Source: an uncultured Chloroflexia bacterium
GTDB taxonomy: Bacteria > Chloroflexota > Chloroflexia > QHBQ01 > JADMIH01
Assembly (NCBI GenBank): GCA_963797095.1
Contig: CAWCNY010000003.1
Location: forward strand, 480,001-544,000
Reading direction: 5' to 3'
Length of the DNA: 64,000 bases
The notes beneath the pieces are model-generated. The model had not been told where the DNA came from. It did no database searches and worked only from the letters and a program-made list of their open reading frames with translations. Position numbers and translations under genes: made by a program. Positions 42,362-50,661 of this stretch are shown here, piece by piece (within the stretch, counting starts at the first letter, position 1; each line of letters begins with the position of its first letter).

Positions 42362-43480
42362 ATGCCGGATAAAGGAACCTTCTCAGAAGAAATGAAGAGT
42401 GCCCGCATCTTGATCATAGACGACCAGGAGGCGAATGTACGGCTGCTTGAAGGGATATTACGGCGCGCCGGATTCACAGGCTGCGCTAGCATCACCGATG
42501 CCCGGCAGGCAATTCCTTCGTTTATGAAGTTGGAGCCTGATCTGGTGCTGCTCGACCTGATGATGCCATATGTGAACGGGTTCGAGATACTTGAGCATCT
42601 GAAGCGGCTGATATCAATCGCGAGCTATGTGCCTGTGCTCGTATTGACGGCGGATGTCACATCGGAGGCGAAGCAGAAGGCGCTTGCGATGGGCGCTAAG
42701 GACTTCCTGACCAAGCCGTTCGATCCGGCGGAGGTGCTCCTGCGCATCAAGAACCTCCTTGAGACACGGTATCTGCACCTGGAGATAGTAAAGCAGAACG
42801 AAGATCTTGAGGACAAGGTGAGGCAGCGCACACAGGAGTTGGAGGCAGCGCAGATCGAGATATTGGACCGGCTGGCGCAGGCAGCCGAGTATCGCGACGA
42901 CGATACGGGAGAGCATATCAAGCGGGTTGGGCTTATTTGCGCGCACATTGCGGCGGCGTTGAACCTACCTGAGAGGGCTCTTGAGTTGATCAGGCTGGCA
43001 TCGCCACTGCACGACGTGGGCAAGATCGCCATCCCCGATAGCATTTTGCTGAAGCCGGGCAGGCTAACGCCTGAAGAGTTCGAGGTTGTGAAGACGCACA
43101 CCACCATAGGAGCGCGACTCCTCTCGAATGGGCGCTCGGAGCTGATCCAGATGGCGGAAACGATAGCGCTCACACACCATGAGAGATGGGATGGGACAGG
43201 CTATCCACGGGGTCTCAGCGCTGAGGCGATCCCAATCGAGGGACGGATCACCAGCGTGGCCGATGTGTTCGATGCGCTGACCCACAAGCGGCCATACAAG
43301 GAACCCTGGCCTCTGGAGGACGCGGTGGCCGAGATCAAAAAGCAGACGGGGAAGCAGTTCGATCCACAGGTGGTGGAGGTGTTCGTGAACCTGGTGGCTT
43401 CCGGTCTGCTAATGGAAATGGACACGCAAACTCAGACGCGGGTACAGGTAGTTGAAGGCGAGCTAGTTTCTCAAGGCTAG
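42362..43480 (+). CDS. RpfG-type REC/HD-GYP c-di-GMP phosphodiesterase
   Basis: REC domain; [30 protein letters not shown]. Confidence 0.92.
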   Translation: MPDKGTFSEEMKSARILIIDDQEANVRLLEGILRRAGFTGCASITDARQAIPSFMKLEPDLVLLDLMMPYVNGFEILEHLKRLISIASYVPVLVLTADVTSEAKQKALAMGAKDFLTKPFDPAEVLLRIKNLLETRYLHLEIVKQNEDLEDKVRQRTQELEAAQIEILDRLAQAAEYRDDDTGEHIKRVGLICAHIAAALNLPERALELIRLASPLHDVGKIAIPDSILLKPGRLTPEEFEVVKTHTTIGARLLSNGRSELIQMAETIALTHHERWDGTGYPRGLSAEAIPIEGRITSVADVFDALTHKRPYKEPWPLEDAVAEIKKQTGKQFDPQVVEVFVNLVASGLLMEMDTQTQTRVQVVEGELVSQG

Positions 43481-43529
43481 CATTTCGCGCGCCGAGGTGC
43501 CGTCGCACTATATTGAGCGATGCGAATAG

Positions 43530-44192
43530 CTACCTTGCGATGTTGTAGAGCGCGATAGTCGTTAGGGCAACAATCGCGAAGGCATAGAGGAAGCAAAGCA
43601 AGGCGCGCACTATTCGCACAACGGATGGACCTTGCCCGGTCTCAGTGGAGACGGGGGCAGGCACCGGCAGCAATGCCCTGGTGATCCCCTGGGCCAATTG
43701 CAGGCCAAGCCAGAAGAGGCCACCCAGTATGCCTACGAAGAGGGCAAAGAGGCAGTCGCCGAAGGGGTCGGAGTTGGCGCTGCTTGCGAGGGATTGCGGG
43801 GCCACCATGTAGGCCGAGGGGTCGAACAAAGAGAGGTCCACCTGCTTTTCCAGGTCAGGAGTGGCCTGCGTCCTAGTTGCGCTCTTTCGCCCGCGCTTCT
43901 TACGCTCGCGGACCACTATCCAGCCGGGGAAAAAGGTCTGCCAGCCGAAAGCCGCCAGGCCCATCGCGCACGCACCAAGCAGCAAACTCAGCAAAGCAAG
44001 TAACCAGAACCACCAGGGCGTAGAGGACTTGGGGGCCAATAGCCAGGCGATCAGGGCAGGCGTAAGCGACCCGACGATCAGCGCCAGAATATGGCCGATG
44101 TCAATAAGGCATCCCTGTTTGCGATTGGGAGTTGCGAGGGCAAGGGAGAGGACGAGCAGAAGGACGAGAGCCACCATCGCGGGTACGTACAT
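43530..44192 (-). CDS. Hypothetical membrane protein
   Basis: 220-aa ORF with about 5 hydrophobic segments filling the gap between genes. Confidence 0.55.
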   Translation of the reverse strand: MYVPAMVALVLLLVLSLALATPNRKQGCLIDIGHILALIVGSLTPALIAWLLAPKSSTPWWFWLLALLSLLLGACAMGLAAFGWQTFFPGWIVVRERKKRGRKSATRTQATPDLEKQVDLSLFDPSAYMVAPQSLASSANSDPFGDCLFALFVGILGGLFWLGLQLAQGITRALLPVPAPVSTETGQGPSVVRIVRALLCFLYAFAIVALTTIALYNIAR

Positions 44193-44359
44193 TGGAGCGC
44201 CACCCAGTTGATTTATTGCGCAATGATAGCATATACGCCGCGATTGCGCCGCGACACTATCACTATCTCCCTCAAGGGGTCAGCGTTCTGGGCGACCAGG
44301 TAGCAGGCGCTGCCCAGCGCCTGCCGGAGCCTCTCTCCGAAAAGGAAAGAGCGTTCTAG

Positions 44360-44398
44360 AATAGAGAAATGGGCGGCTTCGCCGCCCATTTCTCTATT
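44360..44398. terminator. Terminator-like hairpin downstream of the VWA gene
   Basis: Perfect 18-bp stem AATAGAGAAATGGGCGGC-TTC-GCCGCCCATTTCTCTATT. Confidence 0.75.
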
Positions 44399-44411
44399 GA
44401 ACCCAAAGTTG

Positions 44412-45659
44412 CTACTTCTTCCGGCTCTGCTGTGTAGTTGACTTGGCGTAATGCATCGCCTTGCGGGCTATTGAGGTGAAGCCACCCGGAGCCTGGGCGC
44501 TCTCTTCCTTCAGGGCGTCGACCTCGGCCTGGGCCACCGGGGAGGCCGGTGCAGCCGCCGCCACGAAGTTGGCGGCCCCGGCCAGCACCTGCGCGCTGCG
44601 TGCGTAGTCGCCTGCCGCGTCGTACTTGAGGGCTTCCTCGCGTGCGCGGGCCGCTTCCTGCATCGCCACCTCCTCCATCACGGAGGGGTTGGCCTGCTCG
44701 CGCTCGCACTCGACTGCCGTGGCGTAAGTTAGCACCGCTTCGCTCGTAGTAACCGTGCGGCTCGCTCCATTATCTACATCCGTGTATGTAACGGTAACGC
44801 GCAGAGGGATGGTCGTGCCGACGTAGCCTGGGCGAACCGTCAGCTTGAACAAGGCCGAGCGCGACTCGCCGGCGATCATATCGTCGAGGCGCACGTTCAT
44901 CCCCGCACCCACCCGGTCGGTCTCGAAGGTGTTGAGCAGCTTGGCGTCAACCCCTGCGGGCAGATAAAGCTCGATCACTACATTGCGCGCCGAGGTGGAA
45001 AGGACCTCGCCCAACTCGCGGTGGAGGAAATCGGGGATCTGCTTGGCGTGCTCGATAAAGTAGAAGTGCCCCCCGCCCTTGATCGCCATCCGCTCCATCA
45101 GATCCTCGTTGAAGTCTGCCCCGATCCCCATGGTGGTGGTGCTGACCCCTCGCGAGCGCAACTCGGAGGCGTGGTGCTCCAACTCGGCGGGGTCGGTGAT
45201 GCCCACGTTGGCGAGGCCATCGCTCAGCAGGATAGCGCGATTGAGATATCCCGCCTCGTGCTGGTGGTTGGCTACCTCCTGCGCGCCGGTAAGCCAGCCG
45301 CCGCCCAGGTTGGTGCTGCCGCCGCTGCGGATATCGCGCACGGCGCTGATCATGCTGTTCTTGGTTTCGGCGGTGAGCACCCTGCTCGGCGATACCACGC
45401 GGATGTCGTCGTCGTAGGCGATGATGGCGGCGCGGTCGGCTGCCGTCAGGTTGCGGAGGCAGAAGATGGCGGCCTCTTTGGCCTTTTCCAGTTTGCTCCC
45501 TTCCATGGAGCCGCTCCTATCGATTACGAGAGCGAGATTGAGCGGCAGGCGCGTGCTCTTGCTGGCGGCTTCGGGCGCTGTGATTTGCACGCGCAGGTAG
45601 CGTTCGGCGGTGTCGGTCGAGGGGACCAGCCTGCGGTCGAGATTGGCATTAACCTTCAT
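44412..45659 (-). CDS. VWA domain protein (YfbK/Ca-activated chloride channel-like)
   Basis: LVIDRSGSM MIDAS, GGSTNL, LLSDGLAN; start at 45659 or 45677. Confidence 0.88.
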   Translation of the reverse strand: MKVNANLDRRLVPSTDTAERYLRVQITAPEAASKSTRLPLNLALVIDRSGSMEGSKLEKAKEAAIFCLRNLTAADRAAIIAYDDDIRVVSPSRVLTAETKNSMISAVRDIRSGGSTNLGGGWLTGAQEVANHQHEAGYLNRAILLSDGLANVGITDPAELEHHASELRSRGVSTTTMGIGADFNEDLMERMAIKGGGHFYFIEHAKQIPDFLHRELGEVLSTSARNVVIELYLPAGVDAKLLNTFETDRVGAGMNVRLDDMIAGESRSALFKLTVRPGYVGTTIPLRVTVTYTDVDNGASRTVTTSEAVLTYATAVECEREQANPSVMEEVAMQEAARAREEALKYDAAGDYARSAQVLAGAANFVAAAAPASPVAQAEVDALKEESAQAPGGFTSIARKAMHYAKSTTQQSRKK

Positions 45660-45666
45660 TTGTACC

Positions 45667-46333
45667 CTATTCTCCATTTCCTGGGTCCTTCCCCAGAATG
45701 CGTCGCGCGGCCTCAATGAGCTGTGCGACCCTACTCCTTGTGCGGGTGTCGGCATGTGTCGGGTAGTGTAGCTCGACACCCTCCCCTAAGTTCACGCGCT
45801 CCCATGTGGACGGTGGTTCCTGAGGTTGAGAAGGCGGGGCCATAATCGGCTCAGGTTCCTGCATGGGCGCAGGCGAAGGTATATACGTGGCAGCAGGTCC
45901 GGCGGTTGCTTGCTCCGGCGGTGCGGGTGCCTGTCCTCCTGGCGGTGGGGCCGGGGCGGGCGCAAAGGCGGCGACCGGTGGGGCCTGGCGCTTCAACTGC
46001 TCGCGCGCCACTCCCCTGCCAAGCACTCCAGAGATGTAGTCGGCTGCCGAGTTCGGGCTTTTGCCGCTCGGCGACCTCCTGCGACGATGGCGAATACTGT
46101 TCGACCAGTTGCTCTACCTCTGCGAGGCTGAGATGTTGCAAGGTATCGCGTATCTCCTCCAGCGGCAGGTATTGCTCCTTGAGTCGCTTGATAAGAGCCA
46201 GCCGCTCGACGTGCTCCTCGGTGTACTCCGCGGGCCGGCCCCGCTCCGGGGGAGGCAGCACGCCCTGCTCCACGTAGTAACGTATGGTGCGGGTAGTGAC
46301 CTCCGCCCTGTCTGCCAGTTCTTGAATAGTCAT
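45667..46333 (-). pseudogene. MerR-family regulator with a Pro-rich linker, +1 frameshift near 46052 (possibly a sequencing artefact)
   Basis: TIQELADRAEVTTRTIRYY...LPPP HTH; removing one A from CGAACTCG restores KPDSAADYISGVLG...WERVNLGEGVELH. Confidence 0.78.
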
Positions 46334-46362
46334 GCCAACCTCCACTGTTACGTTACACTGGC

Positions 46363-46391
46363 ATTATAACAGTATTACGTCACTATGTCAA
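46363..46391 (-). promoter_or_regulatory. Perfect-consensus sigma70 promoter for the merR-VWA pair
   Basis: TTGACA-17 bp-TATAAT with an extended -10 TG. Confidence 0.85.
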
Positions 46392-46592
46392 TAGGCAATT
46401 TCGCCTTCCGACCAACATTTCGAGCTAGCACGAAGATAGAGCGGGTGCGTGAGAAGATCACTGAGGTGGGCTTTATTCCATTTGATCGTGTAAAATATAC
46501 CCGTCATTTGGCCGAGCGTTTAGCACATGCAACCCGCCCAATAGCTAGTGCGCCGCTTGTGTGGTACTACTATGTGATGCGGAGGTAATACT

Positions 46593-47780
46593 GTGAGAAA
46601 ATTCGGCTTCAGTTCACGTTTCTTACTCGTCTTAGTGCTCGTAGCTATGGTTTTGAGCGCATGCGACAGTGGTGCGTCGCCCACCGCTACACCACCACCT
46701 GCTGCGGCCTCAACTCCCGAGGCAACTGCTACGTCTGCCGCAATGGCCGGTGAGACCCCTGGCAGCGGAAACACAGGTACAGTCAACTACCCGGGTGCTG
46801 ATGCCAACCTTACCGGCACCGGATCGACCTTCGTGCTGCCTGCCATGTCGGATTGGGCGCAGCGTTACAACCAGCTCTACTCCGGAGTGAAGGTCAACTA
46901 CCAGGGTACGGGCTCAGGCAACGGCAAAACTCAATTCCTCGGTAAGACCGTGGACTTCTCAGGCACCAACTCGGCCCTCAGCGACCAGGAGTTGCAGCAG
47001 GCTGGCGGGGCCGACAAGGCCATGCATATACCCGTTGTTATGGGCGGCGTGGTGCTGGCCTATAATATCCCCGGCCTCAGCTCGCAGTTGAAGCTGGACG
47101 GGCCAACGGTAGCGAACATATTCTTACTTAGAATAACCAACTGGAATGACCAGGCTATCGCTGATCTCAATCAAGGTGTTACCCTCCCCGACCTGCCGAT
47201 AGCGGTCGTCCACCGCTCGGACGGTTCAGGGACCAGCGACATATTCACCGATTACCTGAGCAAGGTCAGCCCCGATTGGAAGAGCCAGGTGGGACGCGGC
47301 ACCGCCGTCCAGTGGCCCGGCGGCATCGGAGGCCAGGGCAACGATGGTGTGACACAGTTGGTCAAGCAAACCAATGGCGGCATCGGCTACATCGAATTGG
47401 CCTACGCCAAGCAGAACAACATCACCTATGCGTTGTTGAAGAACCAGGCGGGCAACTACATCGATGCCAGCACAGATTCGGTATCGCAAGCCGCCGCAAG
47501 CTATATCGACACACTGCCCGCCGATCTTCGATACTCGATCACGAATGCCCCCGGCGATCAGGCTTACCCGATAGCGGGCACAACCTGGCTGTTGGTCTAT
47601 GTCGACCAATCGGACGCCACCAAAGGCAAGTCGTTGGCCTACTTCATCTGGTGGATCACGCACGACGGTCAGCAGTATTCTCAGCAGTTGCTTTACGCCC
47701 CTCTGCCCCCGGAGTTGGTGCAGAAGGACGAGGCTCAGGTCAAGAGGATGACCTGTGGCGGCTCGCCCTGCTTCCCGTGA
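46593..47780 (+). CDS. pstS: Phosphate ABC transporter substrate-binding lipoprotein
   Basis: LSAC lipobox; GTGSTF, YQGTGSGNG, HRSDGSGTS, GYIELAYA, AYPIAG. Confidence 0.92.
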   Translation: MRKFGFSSRFLLVLVLVAMVLSACDSGASPTATPPPAAASTPEATATSAAMAGETPGSGNTGTVNYPGADANLTGTGSTFVLPAMSDWAQRYNQLYSGVKVNYQGTGSGNGKTQFLGKTVDFSGTNSALSDQELQQAGGADKAMHIPVVMGGVVLAYNIPGLSSQLKLDGPTVANIFLLRITNWNDQAIADLNQGVTLPDLPIAVVHRSDGSGTSDIFTDYLSKVSPDWKSQVGRGTAVQWPGGIGGQGNDGVTQLVKQTNGGIGYIELAYAKQNNITYALLKNQAGNYIDASTDSVSQAAASYIDTLPADLRYSITNAPGDQAYPIAGTTWLLVYVDQSDATKGKSLAYFIWWITHDGQQYSQQLLYAPLPPELVQKDEAQVKRMTCGGSPCFP

Positions 47781-48048
47781 GCCGGCTCCGCCGAACCCGG
47801 CAGAGAGGCTCAACGTGACTACTCTCCAGGTATGTAAGATCAATATATAGTCCCGCAGGGGCTTACGCCCTGGGTCACTCTCTACCGCCCCCGCGGGACT
47901 ATTCGCGAGGGCGGCATGCGAGTATGTCGCCGAGGGGGAGCGCTCGTACTCGGACCATCTTCGGGGTTTTTGTGCGACAGCATTCCACCTACCCCTACCC
48001 CTACATAGCACTCACCAACAACACAAACGTACTCTGCATTCCGCACTC

Positions 48049-48120
48049 AAAAACCACCCGAAAGTACACCCCAAAACCTGCCTCGTTTTGCCTCACCAAT
48101 GCCATTAAGTAAATGAGGGC
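48049..48120 (-). repeat. Dispersed ~72-bp repeat, copy 2 (inverted)
   Basis: Reverse complement of 38789-38860; shared core TTTTGGGGTGTACTTTCGGGT. Confidence 0.8.
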
Positions 48121-48210
48121 AAGAATAACCAACTTCCTAACGACCACCCGAAATCTCGATCAAAGGTCGTACAAAAGCACACATCCTAGCCTGAATCTCG
48201 GCGGCATGCT

Positions 48211-48939
48211 CTAAATAGAACGCAACCCTTCTGTAAGATAGGCCAGAGCGTCACGAGGGCGGAGGTGTTCGGGATAGCGGGCGAAACCGGGGAAGCCACC
48301 CCACTTGAAGCAGGCACGCAGATAGTTTACAAAGGTAGTCTCGTGCCATTCGCCTTCCAGCGTGGCGTCAACGGCATGGCTGGGAACGAGGATCTTATAA
48401 GTTGAGCCGCTGCTGACCTGCGCCTTGCGAAACTCGTCAGGCGACACGGAAAGGGGGAAGCGCACGGCCTCCTCGCCCTCGAAGATCCCTTCGGAGAGAC
48501 CATACTGCCAGTAAACGTACTCATCGAACACATCAAGCAGCGGCTCAACCACCAGGGGGTCGCGAAAGGTATCTATGTCGTCCTCTTCGGGCCAGTCGGG
48601 GTGATTGCCCGTGAAATTCACCGACCCTACCTCTTCACACCACACGCGAATGGAGAGAGGGAGAGGGCCGGTAAGTTTCTCAAGGGTGGCAAGTCGATAG
48701 GGAGTATCAGGTTCAGGCGATACGAAAGTATAGCGGGGGTGAGAGAACCTGTAGCCAAGCACCTCCAGGCGGGGCACAAGTAGCTCGATGTTCTCGCGGG
48801 CGCGGCGCATAGTCTCGCGAACCACTGAACGAGCATCGGAAAAGAGCGGCTCGTGGCGCACCTTGCTGCCGTAGGCCAGTAGCTCGGCCCACACGGCGCG
48901 GTGTTCACCTTCGATATATCGTTCCAGGAGAGTCGGCAT
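48211..48939 (-). CDS. Hypothetical protein
   Basis: 242-aa ORF with globular composition (ERY..GEH..VW.EL; FVNYLR..F.WGGFPG). Confidence 0.7.
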   Translation of the reverse strand: MPTLLERYIEGEHRAVWAELLAYGSKVRHEPLFSDARSVVRETMRRARENIELLVPRLEVLGYRFSHPRYTFVSPEPDTPYRLATLEKLTGPLPLSIRVWCEEVGSVNFTGNHPDWPEEDDIDTFRDPLVVEPLLDVFDEYVYWQYGLSEGIFEGEEAVRFPLSVSPDEFRKAQVSSGSTYKILVPSHAVDATLEGEWHETTFVNYLRACFKWGGFPGFARYPEHLRPRDALAYLTEGLRSI

Positions 48940-49006
48940 TATCTACCCTTTATGTTTGCCTGCTTTATTCTATGCAGTATTATGTATCTGTCAATACCCA
49001 TAAGAT

Positions 49007-49639
49007 ATGAGGAATAGAGTGAGCGATCTTTACTATGGGCTCTATCTGATCCCGCCCCCGGCAATCGTGTACGCATTGAGTGTAGCACATGAGGCGTTTG
49101 AGCGAGAATTCGCGGCCATCACGGCGGGGCGCTTCATGGTGCACAGCACAATCAAGGGCTTTACAAAGCTGTCGACCCAGGCCGAGGCTTTGATCCCGGC
49201 CTTCGACGAATTGTTTGCCAATGCGCAGCCCTTCGATGTGGAGATCAAACCGCCGTGGGTGTCAACAGGAGGCAAGCCAGGGGAGAGCATCTTGCTGTGG
49301 CTGGAGAAGACGCCGGAGTTTCAGCAGTTCCACAACGATGTGTGGGAGATAATCAAGCCGCATGTAGCCGGGGACTGCCTCTTCACCCCCAGTGAATGGC
49401 TGGGCGACCGCTTCCCGCCTCACCTGACGCTGGTGCAGACCGACCTGCCAGCCGAGCCGGCGGTACTGGCGCAGGCGGTGGGGCTTGCCGATCATATCTA
49501 CAGCAATATGCCCGCGCGGAGTTTCCTGGCGCGGGAATTGCAACTGGTGGAGTTCGAGTCGGACGATTGGGTGGGGGCATGGTGGAGGACATTGAAGTTC
49601 AGGCAAATCAAGGGATGGAGGCTGGCTGGTGAAACCTAA
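49007..49639 (+). CDS. 2H phosphoesterase (2'-5' RNA ligase superfamily)
   Basis: Two HxT motifs (HSTI, PHLTL) about 95 aa apart. Confidence 0.75.
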   Translation: MRNRVSDLYYGLYLIPPPAIVYALSVAHEAFEREFAAITAGRFMVHSTIKGFTKLSTQAEALIPAFDELFANAQPFDVEIKPPWVSTGGKPGESILLWLEKTPEFQQFHNDVWEIIKPHVAGDCLFTPSEWLGDRFPPHLTLVQTDLPAEPAVLAQAVGLADHIYSNMPARSFLARELQLVEFESDDWVGAWWRTLKFRQIKGWRLAGET

Positions 49640-50657
49640 CGCTCCGTCCTCAGGTTGCCAACCGGACAATTTCCAACGCAAACTCCGGCGCAGCTTACCG
49701 GTTTTGGGGTTGCTGCTGCTCGTCGCAGCCCTGGTCGGAGGGGTAGGAGGAGTGTTCCTGGGAGCCGCCTTCCCCAATAAACCCTCGGCTACGGCCACAG
49801 CTACGGAGTCAGCCGGCGCAGCCACGGGCGCGCGTTCTTCTGCTACCGCAACTCCGGCAACCACGACGGCAGCTACCCCTCTCATGCCAACAGAAAGCGC
49901 GGCGGCAACAGCGGTACCGAATACGCCCGACCCGCAAATGCCCCTGGCCGGGCGGCGGATCGGGATCGATCCTGGGCATGGGCCTCGGGAAGACCTGGGC
50001 GCTGTGTACCTGGACCCGGATACCAGGCAGGTCTTGCTATCCGAGGCGGACTTCAACCTTGATGTGGCATTGCGCAGCCGGGATTTGCTGGTCGCCAGGG
50101 GCGCGGCGGTGGTGCTTACACGCGAGACGGCGGATACTTTCACGACAGAGTGGCCCAACGACGCCAACGGCGATGGGATCGTGGGCGCCTCGGGAGACGA
50201 TTTGCAGACGCGGGTGGACATCCTCAACGACTTCGGGGCCGAGGTGTTCTTGAGCATCCATGCCAATAGCTCGCGGGAGCCGGGCAACGGCGACGATTTG
50301 CAGATGCTCTACTGCGGCGCGTCCGACTGCCCCTTCTCCGCTGAGAGCAAGCGCCTGGGCAAGCTGATGCTCACACACCTGGGCGCAAGACTAGCGGAGA
50401 CAGGCTACACAATAAACGGCGGGTCACTGGTTGACGATCTGACGATAGACGCCACGGGTCTGCATATGTTTGTGTTGGGACCGGCCGCGCCGCCGAGACA
50501 TATACGCGCCACCAATATGCCGGGCGTCATAGGCGAAACGCTCTATGTGACCCTTCCTTCGGAGGCCAGGCTGCTGGCTAGCGACGGTGTACGCCGGGCC
50601 ATCGCGCTTGGATACGCGGATGCTTTGCAGGAATTCCTGCTGGCAGGCGGGCAGTAA
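49629..50657 (+). CDS. N-acetylmuramoyl-L-alanine amidase (Amidase_3) with TM anchor and Thr/Ala-rich linker
   Basis: IGIDPGHG, SEADFNL, VLTR, FLSIHAN, MPGVIGE. Confidence 0.85.
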   Translation: MKPNAPSSGCQPDNFQRKLRRSLPVLGLLLLVAALVGGVGGVFLGAAFPNKPSATATATESAGAATGARSSATATPATTTAATPLMPTESAAATAVPNTPDPQMPLAGRRIGIDPGHGPREDLGAVYLDPDTRQVLLSEADFNLDVALRSRDLLVARGAAVVLTRETADTFTTEWPNDANGDGIVGASGDDLQTRVDILNDFGAEVFLSIHANSSREPGNGDDLQMLYCGASDCPFSAESKRLGKLMLTHLGARLAETGYTINGGSLVDDLTIDATGLHMFVLGPAAPPRHIRATNMPGVIGETLYVTLPSEARLLASDGVRRAIALGYADALQEFLLAGGQ

Positions 50658-50661
50658 GGGC

